Counted from the stretch's first letter, positions 9,386 through 19,991 are shown. The stretch is DNA of 64,000 nucleotides from Candidatus Hydrogenedentota bacterium (GCA_034669905.1 JAXMOL010000005.1:96001-160000); one strand, 5' to 3'. Notes: generated by a model not told the origin, from the letters alone. Program-made: numbers and translations.

Positions 9386-10209
9386 GGGACCTGATCGCAG
9401 AGATTGACGATGCCACCGTGACACCCGGCACCTTTCGGTGTTGGTGGATTGGTCAAGAGGGCTATGTCTTCAAGACCTCCCGACAGATAATCTACATCGA
9501 CCCTTACCTCAGCACCTACGCCGAAGATCTCACCCGGGGGCAGGCCAATGAACACGTTCGCATTCACGACGCGCCCATGGCACCGGAAGCGGTCCATCAT
9601 GCTGACCTCGTGTTGTGCACCCACGATCACGCGGACCACATCGATCCGGACAGTATCCCCGCCATTGCCATGGCTTCGCCCCAGGCTCAGTTTGTGGTGC
9701 CGGAATGTGCCCGCCATACCCTCCTCGGTTTCGGGATTGCCCCCGAACGCATTCACACCCTGCGAGGCGATGACCGCCTGACGGTCGAAGGGCTGACCAT
9801 CCACGCCATCCCCGCAAAGCATGAGCAGTTCGACGAAGACCCCGAAAAGGGCTTCCCGTTCCTGAGCTACGTCTTTGACGTGGAGGGCCACACGGTCCTC
9901 CACGCCGGCGACACCATCCCCTATCCCGGTCAAACCGAGAAGATGCTTTCCCACCGGGCAGCCCTCGCTTTCCTCCCCATCAACGGACGGGATGCCTTTC
10001 GCAAGGCGCTGGACTTTGAAGGCAACTACACCTGTGAAGAAGCCGTCGGCGTGGGTCTTTCCATCAAGGCGGGGCTCACCATCCCCATGCACTACGACCT
10101 GTTCACCTTGAACACGGCGGACGTCCGCGACTTTGAGCGTATTGCGTCCCATAGGGGCTTGAATCACTACGTGATGCAACACGGCGAAGGCATCACCTTT
10201 CCCCCTTGA
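9382..10209 (+). CDS. MBL-fold metallo-hydrolase (UlaG-like lactonase)
   Basis: THDHADHID, HAGDT, PING, IPMHYD; ATGA overlap with the upstream gene. Confidence 0.85.
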   Translation: MRDLIAEIDDATVTPGTFRCWWIGQEGYVFKTSRQIIYIDPYLSTYAEDLTRGQANEHVRIHDAPMAPEAVHHADLVLCTHDHADHIDPDSIPAIAMASPQAQFVVPECARHTLLGFGIAPERIHTLRGDDRLTVEGLTIHAIPAKHEQFDEDPEKGFPFLSYVFDVEGHTVLHAGDTIPYPGQTEKMLSHRAALAFLPINGRDAFRKALDFEGNYTCEEAVGVGLSIKAGLTIPMHYDLFTLNTADVRDFERIASHRGLNHYVMQHGEGITFPP

Positions 10210-10230
10210 CGCGACCCGAAGGAGAAGGCC

Positions 10231-10995
10231 ATGAATTTACAGGACAAACGGATTCTCGTGACCGGCTCCAGCCGGGGGATTGGGCGGGCCATTGCCGAGG
10301 AAGCCGCGCGGTGCGGCGCGACGGTGGTGGTCCACGGCCCCACGGACGACGAAGAACTTCAGGGTGCCTACACCGCGATTTCAGCGCTGAATCCAACGGC
10401 CATCAAGCTGGCTGCCGAGCTTTCTGAGCCCGAGGCCATCGCTGCGCTCTTCCAGCAGATAGATTCCCAGTTGGGGGGTATTGACGCCCTGGTGAACAAT
10501 GCCGCCACGCAGAACGGCAGTCCAATTCTGGAACTCGCGACGGAAGACTGGGACCGCATCATGGCGGTCAACCTGCGCGCCCCCTTTCTCTGTGCCCAAC
10601 ATGCCGCGCGGGGCATGGTGGACCGGGGTGCGGGCGGCACCATCGTCAACATCAGCTCGGTCCACGCCTATGATCCCCGACGGGACTACGCCCACTACAG
10701 CACGTCCAAGGGCGGGCTGGAGCAACTCACCCGCTGCCTCGCCCTGGAACTCGGGGAGCATGGCATTCGGGCAAACAGTATCGTGGTCGGTGCGGTGGCC
10801 ACCGAGCTGACACCCCAGGACCGGCAAGACGCCTTTGGAACCGCCATCCCCATGGGCCGCGTCGGCTGGGTGGACGAGATCGCCCGGATGGCGGCCTTCC
10901 TGTGTTCCGACGCCTGTGTCTATCAGACGGGCTCCAGCGTGACGGTGGATGGTGGCTTGACCCTGGGCTTCTGCGCGAGTCGCCGGGATCTGTGA
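10231..10995 (+). CDS. SDR family oxidoreductase
   Basis: TGSSRGIG, NNAA, YSTSK, VDGG. Confidence 0.9.
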   Translation: MNLQDKRILVTGSSRGIGRAIAEEAARCGATVVVHGPTDDEELQGAYTAISALNPTAIKLAAELSEPEAIAALFQQIDSQLGGIDALVNNAATQNGSPILELATEDWDRIMAVNLRAPFLCAQHAARGMVDRGAGGTIVNISSVHAYDPRRDYAHYSTSKGGLEQLTRCLALELGEHGIRANSIVVGAVATELTPQDRQDAFGTAIPMGRVGWVDEIARMAAFLCSDACVYQTGSSVTVDGGLTLGFCASRRDL

Positions 10996-11173
10996 TTCCA
11001 GTAAATCAACGGGCGTCCTGGTTCAAGACGCCCGGGCACAGGGTGCCGCATATCCTCTTCGGTTCAGTTACTCCACGCACACGAACCGGCAGGGCCGGAT
11101 CGCGTGGCACGGCAGGGGTATTTTTTCAAGAATATTGGCCGCGTTAACGATTTCCCTTACATCCCCCCTTCTA

Positions 11174-11203
11174 TGCGTGTAAATTCGTGGCCATTCGTGG
11201 CTA
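11174..11203. repeat. Short 10-bp periodic array (TTCGTGG core)
   Basis: tgcgtgtaaa ttcgtggcca ttcgtggcta; resembles the arms at 20447-20645. Confidence 0.45.
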
Positions 11204-11324
11204 AAAAACCTCGTCCCACCACCATTTCCACACAAAAATCTAATCGATCCCCTCTGGAAACCCCTTCCGGGCGAATGCTATAGTGCCTGAGCGCACGTTT
11301 CGTCTTTACCATGAGGGTTTTCCC

Positions 11325-12755
11325 ATGTCTTTCTGGCACCGCTGCATGCGTTTTGTACCATGCACTTCCCTGGTTCTGGCCGCCTCCGTGGCCTTGTCCC
11401 CGGCCCACGCCGACTGGCCCACCTACCGCCACGACATCGCCCGTTCCGGCATTGCGTCGGACCCCCTGGGCACGTCGCTGGAGCCCGCCTGGGTCTATCG
11501 CGCAGCCCACGCGCCCCAGCCCGCCTGGCCGGGTCCCGCCCGTCGCGACGGGTGGCACAAATCGGACCCCCTCAAGGCCCGCATGATTTTCGACTGGGCT
11601 TTCCACGTCGTCATGGACGAAGAGCACTTCTATTTCGGCTCCTCCGCGGATGACAAGGTCTACGCCATTGATCTGGCCACGGGCGAAGAAGCCTGGACCT
11701 TTTTCACGGGCGGACCGGTTCGCCTGGCCCCCACGGTGCACGACGGCAAGGTCTACGCCGGTTCCGATGACGGCAAGGTCTATTGCCTCGACGCCACAGG
11801 CGGCGAAGAGATCTGGCGTCATCAGGTCGCCCCCGACAGCTATCTTCTCCCTGGAAATGCCCGGGTAATCTCAATTTCTCCTGTACGAACCGGGGTCCTG
11901 GTGGATAACGGCATGGCCTATTTCGGCAGTGGCGTATTTACCTTTGAAGGGGCCTACCTCTGCGCCGCCGATGCCAACACGGGCAAGCCCATCTGGAAAA
12001 AGAAAATCAACAACACGGCCCAGGGCTACATGCTCGCGTCTCCCGAGAGTTTGTATGTGGCCCGGGCGCGATTGAACCCCCTCGTGCTCACGCGAGATGC
12101 CGGTGACGTGGAATACAGCCACTCCGGTGGTGGCGGCAGCTTTTCGGTCCTGGTAGACGACTACCTCTTTTACGGCCCCGGCCGCACCGGCCAGATCGAA
12201 GCCGCCCGCTCCGACAAGGGCCGGCACCTGGTCACCTTCCAGGGCAACGTACTCGTTGTGGATGGTCCCCTGGCCTACATGCAATCGGATACGGAACTGC
12301 AGAGCCTCGACCGGGGCCGCTATCTCGCCCTGGCCGAAGAGCGCAAGCTCATCGACATGAAGAAAGACATGGCCAAGCAAAAGCTCAAGGCCCTGAAGAA
12401 AGAAGAAGAACAGACCGACGAACTCAAGGCGGAGATGGATGAACTCGTGGCCAAGATGGAAGGCTACGACAAGGAAATGGCCCCCTATGCAGAGAAAATG
12501 GAAGCCTGCATGCGGTGGAAAGTACCGAGCGCCTATCCCTATTCGCTGATTCTTGCGGGTGAACGGCTCTACGCCGGTGGCCTCAATGAGGTCGCGGCCA
12601 TTAATCCCGACAACGGCGAAGTCAGTTGGAAGGCACCGGTAGAAGGCCGCGCCCTCGAACTCGCCAGCGCCAACGGCTATTTGCTCGTAAGCACGGATCA
12701 GGGCGTCATCCACGCCTTCAAAGAAACTACGCCCCAGATTGCGAAGAAGCAATGA
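11325..12755 (+). CDS. Secreted PQQ-like beta-propeller protein with a coiled-coil insert
   Basis: Signal peptide, DWPTYRHDIARSG, repeated YAIDLATGEEAW-type blades. Confidence 0.85.
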   Translation: MSFWHRCMRFVPCTSLVLAASVALSPAHADWPTYRHDIARSGIASDPLGTSLEPAWVYRAAHAPQPAWPGPARRDGWHKSDPLKARMIFDWAFHVVMDEEHFYFGSSADDKVYAIDLATGEEAWTFFTGGPVRLAPTVHDGKVYAGSDDGKVYCLDATGGEEIWRHQVAPDSYLLPGNARVISISPVRTGVLVDNGMAYFGSGVFTFEGAYLCAADANTGKPIWKKKINNTAQGYMLASPESLYVARARLNPLVLTRDAGDVEYSHSGGGGSFSVLVDDYLFYGPGRTGQIEAARSDKGRHLVTFQGNVLVVDGPLAYMQSDTELQSLDRGRYLALAEERKLIDMKKDMAKQKLKALKKEEEQTDELKAEMDELVAKMEGYDKEMAPYAEKMEACMRWKVPSAYPYSLILAGERLYAGGLNEVAAINPDNGEVSWKAPVEGRALELASANGYLLVSTDQGVIHAFKETTPQIAKKQ

Positions 12756-15589
12756 AGCACCTGCCCAGCCCCATGCGCGGAGTATCTCTCATGAACCATT
12801 CCCTTAGCGTACTTTCCCTCCTGTTGGTGGCCTTTTCCGCTGTGGCCGATGACAGCCTCATCGCCCATTGGCGTTTTGACGAGGCCGCCCTGCAAGACAA
12901 TCAGTTTGCCGAAACGGTCCATGGCGCCCACGTCGCCCTCGAAGGCCCCACCGCCTTTGGCGGCACAGGCGACGACGTTGCGGCCCTGGTTTCCCTCAAC
13001 GACACCAAACTCACGGTGCCCGCCGAAACGTCCACCACGGCCCTCCCCACCGAAGCCATGACCGTGGCGGTCTGGCTCTCCATCGAGCGTACGGTGGAAT
13101 GGGCCGACATACTCGGAGCGGCCCAGCGCAATGGGGGCCTGCAGAAAGGCTGGAGCCTCGGCTTCCGGCAATCCAATTTCAGCTTTGGCCTGAGTACCGC
13201 CGGGGCCGATGATGGCGATGGCAACATGACCTATGCCCGCTCCCTCCACTCCCTCGAATGGGGTAAGTGGTATCACGTGGTCGGCACCTACGACGGCGCA
13301 ACCCAGCGACTCTATGTCAACGGCGAACTCGTGGCCGAAGAAAGCGCACAGAGCGGCGCGATTCTATATCCCGAAGACCCTTCCCTCGTTTTTGCAGGCG
13401 GCAGTGACGGCGGCTGGCGTGGCTGGCTCTATGAAGGGGCCATCTACAACCGGGCGCTCAGCGCCGACGAAGTGACCGCGGCTTACGCTGCTAAACAGGG
13501 GCACTTCCCCACGGCCCTTCATGTAAAGGTCGGCCCCTATCTCCAGCGCATGGATAAGGATCGGGTGCGCATCGCCTGGGAAACGGAGACACCCAGCGCG
13601 TCGACCTTGCTCTGGGGCGACGCCCTTCCCTTGTCTGCTACCCAGACCAGCGACGAAAAGCGCAAGCAACATACCGTCATCGTCGATGGCCTGCAACCTG
13701 AGACCATATACTGGTATCGTGTCGCCTTCGAAGACGAATCCGGTAAAACCCAATACACGCGGGTCCACGAATTCGACTCCACCTTTGACTACACACCGGT
13801 GCGTGTCACGGCCAAGCCCTTCCCCTACGAAAATGCGGCGGAGCAGGAACGCTTTTCCGCGTTGGCCGAACAGATTCTGAATGAAACTGGCATCACCCAG
13901 GGCTATGCCCTGGTGGTCGGTTCTGGCAAAGGTCGTCTGGCCTACGAATTGGCCTGGCAATCAGACCTCCAAATCATCTGCGTCGATGACGACCCCAAGC
14001 AGGTACAGGCCGTTCGTCGCGCACTGGATAAAACCGGTGTCTATGGCGTAAAAGTCAGCGTGGTGGAAGCCGATCTCAATGACCTGCCCATGACCCAATA
14101 CTTCGCCAACCTCGTCGTTTCCGAAAGTCTCCTGGACGGCGACATGCCGGGCAGCATCGACGAACTCAATCGGGTGACCCGTCCCGATGGCGGGAAACTC
14201 TGGCTCCAGTGGGATCCGTCCCACGAGGACGCCGTTCAGGAATGGCTCGGCACGGCACCCAATGAATGGACCCTTGCCGATAACCGGGCGACCTTCACCC
14301 GGCCCATGGTGCCCGGCGCCGGCAAATGGACCCATCAGTATGGCCAGGGCAACAACGCGGCCAACAGCGACGATGCCGTCATCGGCGGTGCCATGGCCGC
14401 CCTGTGGTATGGCGAGCCCGGCCCCCGCCCCATGGTGGACCGGGGCACCCGCTCTCCCGCCCCCCTCAGCACGCGGGCACGCCTCTACGTGCAGGGTGAC
14501 CGACGCCTCTTCGGGATTGATGCCTTTAATGGCACCATCTACTGGGACCTCGAAATCCCCAACCTGCGCCGGGCCAATGTCCCGCGGGATGGCAGCAACA
14601 TGGTCGCCAATGAGCACACGCTCTACGCGACGGTACGGGACCGGTGCTGGGTGCTGGATGGCCAGACGGGTGCGCTGAAAGCCGCATTCGAATTGCCCGA
14701 AGGCTATCGGGAAGATTATGACTGGGGCTATCTCGCCTCGGAAGGTGAAGTCCTCTATGGCTCCGCCGTACGGCGCGGTGGACTCTTCGTAGGGGCCGAT
14801 GGCGAATGGTATGACGACCCCGGCAATGAGTCCCAGAAGGTCATCAGCGACGTGCTCTTCGCCATGGACCGCCACTCGGGCGAATTGCTCTGGACCCGGG
14901 AAGGCGGCGCGGTTGTGAACTCGACGATTACCCTCGGCGGGAACCGTCTCTTCTTCATGGAAAGCCGGAGTGATGCCGTGAAGGCCCTCGAAGCCGGACG
15001 CGCCGGGGACGAGATTTCCAAGGACCGCTTCCTGGTGTCGATGGATGCCCAGAATGGTAGTGCCCTCTGGGATCGACCCTACGGCGAAGACAAAGCCACC
15101 TTTGTCATGTACCTGATGCACACCGATGAGCGGCTTATCGCGGTGGACTCGTCGGACCGTTGGGAACTCTCTGCGTTTGGTATCTCCGACGGTGAACTGC
15201 TCTGGGAACAGAGCTACGAATGGCTGAGGGACCACCATGGCGGCGCTATGACCCACCCCGCCATCATTGGCGACATGATAGTCGCAGAGCCCAAGATTGT
15301 GAGCCTGAGTTCCGGGGAAGTCCTGCGCGACGTGCCGGATCGCAATCATGGCTGTGGTACGTTGGCCGCCTCGCGGGACACCATTCTCTGGCGCGACGGC
15401 AACCACGGCATGTGGAACGTGGAGACCGACGAGCGCACCGTGTGGAATGATTTCCGTCCCGGTTGCTGGTTGGGCCTTATCAGCGCCAACGGACTCTTGC
15501 TCGCCCCCGAAACGAGTGCGGGCTGCTGGTGCGCCAGTCAACCCCTACAGACTTCCGTCGCCTTTGCGAAAGCCGACGCGGCGCGGTGA
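12752..15589 (+). CDS. Secreted multidomain protein: LamG, FN3/purple-acid-phosphatase N-like, class I methyltransferase-like and PQQ-like propeller
   Basis: LIAHWRFDE and WYHVVGTYDG (LamG); GPYLQ..IAWET (FN3); VVGSGKGRLA (MT-like); WTHQYG; C-terminal GCG/RPGCW/GCWC. Alternative start at 12791. Confidence 0.8.
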   Translation: MKHLPSPMRGVSLMNHSLSVLSLLLVAFSAVADDSLIAHWRFDEAALQDNQFAETVHGAHVALEGPTAFGGTGDDVAALVSLNDTKLTVPAETSTTALPTEAMTVAVWLSIERTVEWADILGAAQRNGGLQKGWSLGFRQSNFSFGLSTAGADDGDGNMTYARSLHSLEWGKWYHVVGTYDGATQRLYVNGELVAEESAQSGAILYPEDPSLVFAGGSDGGWRGWLYEGAIYNRALSADEVTAAYAAKQGHFPTALHVKVGPYLQRMDKDRVRIAWETETPSASTLLWGDALPLSATQTSDEKRKQHTVIVDGLQPETIYWYRVAFEDESGKTQYTRVHEFDSTFDYTPVRVTAKPFPYENAAEQERFSALAEQILNETGITQGYALVVGSGKGRLAYELAWQSDLQIICVDDDPKQVQAVRRALDKTGVYGVKVSVVEADLNDLPMTQYFANLVVSESLLDGDMPGSIDELNRVTRPDGGKLWLQWDPSHEDAVQEWLGTAPNEWTLADNRATFTRPMVPGAGKWTHQYGQGNNAANSDDAVIGGAMAALWYGEPGPRPMVDRGTRSPAPLSTRARLYVQGDRRLFGIDAFNGTIYWDLEIPNLRRANVPRDGSNMVANEHTLYATVRDRCWVLDGQTGALKAAFELPEGYREDYDWGYLASEGEVLYGSAVRRGGLFVGADGEWYDDPGNESQKVISDVLFAMDRHSGELLWTREGGAVVNSTITLGGNRLFFMESRSDAVKALEAGRAGDEISKDRFLVSMDAQNGSALWDRPYGEDKATFVMYLMHTDERLIAVDSSDRWELSAFGISDGELLWEQSYEWLRDHHGGAMTHPAIIGDMIVAEPKIVSLSSGEVLRDVPDRNHGCGTLAASRDTILWRDGNHGMWNVETDERTVWNDFRPGCWLGLISANGLLLAPETSAGCWCASQPLQTSVAFAKADAAR

Positions 15590-15602
15590 GGGAAACGGTA
15601 CG

Positions 15603-15755
15603 TGTGGGACCGGTGCGACCTATGGGATAAGTAGGACGCATATTGCCCCCTCACGACACATCAAGACGTAAAAGACCCACGGGGCGCTTCCCGGGTTCGC
15701 TCCATGGGAACTCGGGAAAAGTCCCACTGGTCTTACGGGTCCTACAGGTCCCACA
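15603..15755. repeat. Intergenic element bounded by inverted 9-mer arrays (TGTGGGACC-like)
   Basis: 15603-15637 resembles the reverse complement of 15721-15755; each is four degenerate 9-mers. Confidence 0.7.
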
Positions 15756-15773
15756 ACGCAGGATAACAACAGC

Positions 15774-17060
15774 ATGACCAAACTGACTTTCAAAACCCGC
15801 GCTCTGAGCCTCGTCATCCTCCTGGCCATCGCCTTACCTGCCATGGCGTGCCGTTACTCGGTGCGTGAAGTGGGCTTTGTCGACCTGGACGAGGCCCCCT
15901 ATCAGTTCTATCTCTATCCCGGTGATGCCCCGACCGATGTGGTGGCCCGGGTCAAGCGGGCGGCCTACACGGCCTTCATCGATGCCCATATACTCATCCA
16001 CGAGGTGGGACCCGACAAGCAACCCGAAGTAGACTATGTGAAACGCCATCATCTGGAGCACTTTCCGGCGGGTGTGCTGGTGGCACCCGAAGGCCAGTCC
16101 CTGCCAGTAAACTTTCCCGAAGCCGCACTGGGCGACGATGACGCCCTCCTCGCCTTGCTCCATCCCCTCGTTCGCTCGCCCAAACGGGACGCGCTGCTTG
16201 AAAAGGTCATCGAGCCCTTCTGCACCCTCCTGCTGATTCACGGCGACGACGAAAAACTCAATGTCACGACGAAGGCGCGCATCGAAGCGGCCATCGTCGA
16301 ACTGACCGACAACATGGACCAGCTCGAAAAAGGCACCGAGGTCCCGCCCCAGTTGGTGGAACTGACCATCGCCGAGCGGGCCACGGAAGTCCCCCTCCTC
16401 TGGAGCCTCGGCCTTTCCCCCACGGCATTGGCCGAGCCACGGGTGGCCGTCCTCTTTGGCCGGGCACGCCGTATGGGCTCCATCTTGCGTGGTGACCGGG
16501 TGAGCCAGGAATCGCTCATGGAAGTCATGACCCTCATTGGTGCCTCCTGCGAATGTGGCCTCGACCGCAAATGGATGCAGGGCCCCATGCTCCCCCTCGA
16601 ATGGGACAGCACGGACCAGTCCGAACTGGCCGCCCACCTGGGCTTCGACCCGGAAAGCCCCCTCGTAAAAACCGAAATCAGCCAGATTATCGCCCAGGGC
16701 ATGGCCCAACAGGGCAGCGGCACCAAGATGGACTCCATCCTCGGTGTGGATGAAGCCGAAGGTCGCAGGGCGGCCGCTTCGGTGGAAATGGAAGATATTT
16801 TGGTGGCGGAGAATGTGCCCTTGGGCGACGGTGACACCATCGTGGAAGATGTGCCGTTGGACGGGTCGGAGACCCTTGTAGAAGACGTACCCTTAGTCGA
16901 CGCTACGCCCCCGGTGGACAAAAACGAAAACATGGACGTCCTCGAAGAAGAAAAACACTTTCCCGTACCCCGGCCTACAGTCCTCAAGATAATCGCTTTT
17001 GTTGTTATCGCCAACATTGGCGGTGCCTTTTACCTCTTCCGCAGGAAGTCTGGCCAATAG
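15774..17060 (+). CDS. Exported hypothetical protein with a C-terminal membrane anchor
   Basis: Signal peptide ending AMA-CRYSVR, SCECG motif, three acidic 12-aa repeats, C-terminal TM followed by RRK. Confidence 0.75.
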   Translation: MTKLTFKTRALSLVILLAIALPAMACRYSVREVGFVDLDEAPYQFYLYPGDAPTDVVARVKRAAYTAFIDAHILIHEVGPDKQPEVDYVKRHHLEHFPAGVLVAPEGQSLPVNFPEAALGDDDALLALLHPLVRSPKRDALLEKVIEPFCTLLLIHGDDEKLNVTTKARIEAAIVELTDNMDQLEKGTEVPPQLVELTIAERATEVPLLWSLGLSPTALAEPRVAVLFGRARRMGSILRGDRVSQESLMEVMTLIGASCECGLDRKWMQGPMLPLEWDSTDQSELAAHLGFDPESPLVKTEISQIIAQGMAQQGSGTKMDSILGVDEAEGRRAAASVEMEDILVAENVPLGDGDTIVEDVPLDGSETLVEDVPLVDATPPVDKNENMDVLEEEKHFPVPRPTVLKIIAFVVIANIGGAFYLFRRKSGQ

Positions 17061-17062
17061 TC

Positions 17063-18208
17063 ATGCATCTCCTCCGCCTCATCCTCAAAGAACTCGGCCA
17101 CCGCAAGTTCAACGCTTTCCTGGCCGCCGCCGCCGTGACGCTCACCGTCTTTCTCTTCGTGGGCTTCACGAGCATGGGTCGCGCTTCGGACCGGGAAACG
17201 ACGCGCCTCATGCGCGATCTGGGCTTTAACCTCCGCATCATCCCCGCCGCGACCGACGAAGCTGTTTTCTGGAAACAGGGCTACGCCACGGAGACCATGC
17301 CTGCCGACTACGTGAACAAGTTCATGAATCAAAAGGGCATCTCCTACCGCCACCTGCTGGCCACCCTGCAACGCACCCTGCCTGTCGGTGGCGTCGACGT
17401 TTTGCTCACGGGTATTGCGCCGGAAGTGTCGCCCCTGGAGACCGCGAAAAAGCCCATGGTCTTTGAAATCGAACCGGGCAACCTCTACCTCGGCTTTCAC
17501 GTGGCCCGCCACCTGAATAAGGCCAAGGGCGACACCCTGGAACTCGGTGGCGAGACCTTCACTGTGGCCACCGTGCTCTCCGAAAAAGGCAGTGAAGATG
17601 ACATCCGCATTCAGGGGCGCCTGGATGATGTGCAGCGCATCCTGAACATGGAAGGGCGCATCAACGAAATTCAGGCCCTGGAATGTCTCTGCCGTGACCC
17701 CAACGTGGACTCCCTCGACACCCTGCGGGCCGAGCTCACGAAAATCCTGCCGGACGCCAAGGTCATCATGCTGCGCGATATCGCCAAGACCCGGGAACGG
17801 CAGCGCATCACCAACGAGAAGTACTTCGCCATTTCCATGCAGATTGTCTTGCTGGTCTGTGCCGTATGGCTCGCCGTGTTGGCCTTCCTCAACGTGCGGG
17901 AACGGAAAAGTGAAATCGGTGTCCTCCGCGCCCTCGGCTATGGCACGGGACAAATCGTCCTCCTCGTCCTTGGAAAAGGTCTGGCCATCGGCCTCCTTGG
18001 GGCGGCGCTGGGCTTTGCGGCCGCGACGGCTGTCGTGCTCACCTATGGCCCCGCCATTTTTGAAGTCACCGCGGGTAGCATCGCCATCGAATGGCCCCTG
18101 CTCGTTCAGGCCCTTATACTGGCCCCCTTATTGACCGCTTGTTGCAGTATGATCCCCGCCGTCTATGCGGCCACACAGGATCCCGCCGAAACCCTCCGGG
18201 AACTCTAA
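17063..18208 (+). CDS. ABC transporter permease, FtsX/MacB family
   Basis: NVRERKSEIGVLRALG, DPAETLRE; periplasmic ECLC. Confidence 0.9.
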   Translation: MHLLRLILKELGHRKFNAFLAAAAVTLTVFLFVGFTSMGRASDRETTRLMRDLGFNLRIIPAATDEAVFWKQGYATETMPADYVNKFMNQKGISYRHLLATLQRTLPVGGVDVLLTGIAPEVSPLETAKKPMVFEIEPGNLYLGFHVARHLNKAKGDTLELGGETFTVATVLSEKGSEDDIRIQGRLDDVQRILNMEGRINEIQALECLCRDPNVDSLDTLRAELTKILPDAKVIMLRDIAKTRERQRITNEKYFAISMQIVLLVCAVWLAVLAFLNVRERKSEIGVLRALGYGTGQIVLLVLGKGLAIGLLGAALGFAAATAVVLTYGPAIFEVTAGSIAIEWPLLVQALILAPLLTACCSMIPAVYAATQDPAETLREL

Positions 18209-18214
18209 CGACCT

Positions 18215-18871
18215 ATGTTGACCTTTGACAACGTATCCAAACATTACAAGACCGCCGACGGCACGGTGAAAGCCCTCGACGCCTTCAGCCTGACCATTGA
18301 TTCCGGTGCCTTCGCCGTCATCAAGGGACCCAGCGGTTGTGGCAAGTCTACGCTGCTCCTCCAGGCCGGTGGCATGCTCCGCCCCACGGAAGGGACTGTC
18401 TCCGTCAATGGACAGGACCTCTATGCCCTGAATAACCGGGCGCGCGGCGACTTCCGTCGGGAACATATCGGCTTCGTCTTCCAGATGTTCCACCTCCTGC
18501 CCTATCTTACCGTCCGGGAGAATGCCCTGCTCTCTGCCCCCACGAAGAGCACCGAGGTGGATGCCCTGCTGGAGCGCCTGGGCCTGTCTGAACGGCAGCA
18601 CCATCTCCCGAGTGCGCTGAGCGCTGGAGAAAAGCAGCGTACGGCCATCGCACGGGCCCTCCTTCCCGAGCCCGCCCTGGTGTTGGCCGATGAGCCCACG
18701 GGCAACCTGGACCCTGAAAACGCCGCCCTGGTTATGCAATACTTGGCCGACTATCAACAGGCTGGCGGCACGGTCGTGTTGGTAACCCACGGCACGGATG
18801 GCGATCAATTTGCCACCCGTTCCATCAACTTGCGGGGTGGCACCCTTGAAACCGATCGGCATGCGCCGTGA
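18215..18871 (+). CDS. ABC ATP-binding protein (LolD/MacB-like)
   Basis: [30 protein letters not shown]. Confidence 0.92.
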   Translation: MLTFDNVSKHYKTADGTVKALDAFSLTIDSGAFAVIKGPSGCGKSTLLLQAGGMLRPTEGTVSVNGQDLYALNNRARGDFRREHIGFVFQMFHLLPYLTVRENALLSAPTKSTEVDALLERLGLSERQHHLPSALSAGEKQRTAIARALLPEPALVLADEPTGNLDPENAALVMQYLADYQQAGGTVVLVTHGTDGDQFATRSINLRGGTLETDRHAP

Positions 18872-18942
18872 GTCTATGGCAGGCTGGCCCGCCCATTGGG
18901 GTTGGACTGCTGGTATATCAATCGCATCACTGGAGAGTAAAC

Positions 18943-19938
18943 ATGAAAAAAACCTTACTTACCGCGGGATTGGCTTTGGCCCTTTCCCTCAACGTCTTCG
19001 CCGCCGGGCAAAAAGAGCTCGATATGATGGGCAACTTCGAGGGGAAATTCACCTCAGGCTGGACCGATATGAGCATCAGTGCCCAGATCGTGGCCCTCGG
19101 AAAAGGCAAGCACGTCGCCAAGCTCAATGTGGACGGCAATATCATCGAAGTGGAAGGCAAGACCAAGGGCAAGGCCGAAGATGGCCTCTGCCTCTATGAC
19201 CAGACCCTCGATCTCGGCCCCGATATGGGCGGCAAATACCACATCGTCGGCCAGGTTACGGGCGGCGTGTTCACGGCTGAAATCGACGGCGAAACCCAGG
19301 ACGGTGCCTTTGAATTGAAGCGCGTCGTCAAGGGTTCCCCCACCATGGGCCAGAAAGCACCAGAAGGTGCCAAAGTGCTCCTCGACGGCAGCAACCTGGA
19401 TGCCTGGGTGGTCCAGCCCTACTGGAAGCTCCTCGGCGGCGGTGCCATGGGCATGCGGAAGAGCTCCATCCACACCAAGGAAGAGTTTGGCAGCGCCCAG
19501 TATCACATCGAATTCAAGACGCCCTTCATGCCCGAAGAAGCCCCCGGTAGCCAGGCCCGCGGAAACAGCGGCGTCTATCTCATGGGCCGATACGAAGTAC
19601 AGGTACTCGACAGCTTCACCGAAGAGCCCCGCGACAACTTCTGCGGCGGCATCTACAAGAAGGCCGTCCCCGTGGTCAACGCTTGCGCACCCCCGGAAGA
19701 ATGGCAGACCTACGACATCACCTTCCACGCCCCCCAATATGATGGCAGCGGCAAGAAAGTCAAAGACGCCACGATTACGGCAGTCCATAACGGCATCACG
19801 ATCCACGACAACGTGGTCCTCCCCGATGTCACCCCCGGCGGCGTGAGCGGCGAAGAAGCCCCGGTAGGCGTACTCATGTTCCAGGACCATGGCGACGACG
19901 TGAACTACCGGAATGTATGGGTCAAGCCCCTCGACTAA
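18943..19938 (+). CDS. Secreted DUF1080 (3-keto-glycoside hydrolase-like) protein
   Basis: Signal peptide; RGNSGVY, YEVQVLDS, WQTYDITF, FQDHG. Confidence 0.88.
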   Translation: MKKTLLTAGLALALSLNVFAAGQKELDMMGNFEGKFTSGWTDMSISAQIVALGKGKHVAKLNVDGNIIEVEGKTKGKAEDGLCLYDQTLDLGPDMGGKYHIVGQVTGGVFTAEIDGETQDGAFELKRVVKGSPTMGQKAPEGAKVLLDGSNLDAWVVQPYWKLLGGGAMGMRKSSIHTKEEFGSAQYHIEFKTPFMPEEAPGSQARGNSGVYLMGRYEVQVLDSFTEEPRDNFCGGIYKKAVPVVNACAPPEEWQTYDITFHAPQYDGSGKKVKDATITAVHNGITIHDNVVLPDVTPGGVSGEEAPVGVLMFQDHGDDVNYRNVWVKPLD

Positions 19939-19954
19939 ACAAGATAACGTTGAA

Positions 19955-19991
19955 CGCTGGCCGTGTGTTTCTCCGAGACACGCGGCCAGCG
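19955..19991 (+). terminator. Strong 3' hairpin (terminator or RNA stabiliser)
   Basis: 17-bp stem CGCTGGCCGTGTGTTTC/GAGACACGCGGCCAGCG with two G-U pairs; no clear U tail. Confidence 0.45.

Noticed and set aside
13961..15541. Long antisense ORFs (also 21975-23351, 32590-33915, 46181-47464 and others)
   Set aside because: These are shadow frames of well-supported genes in GC-rich DNA, with no motifs of their own.
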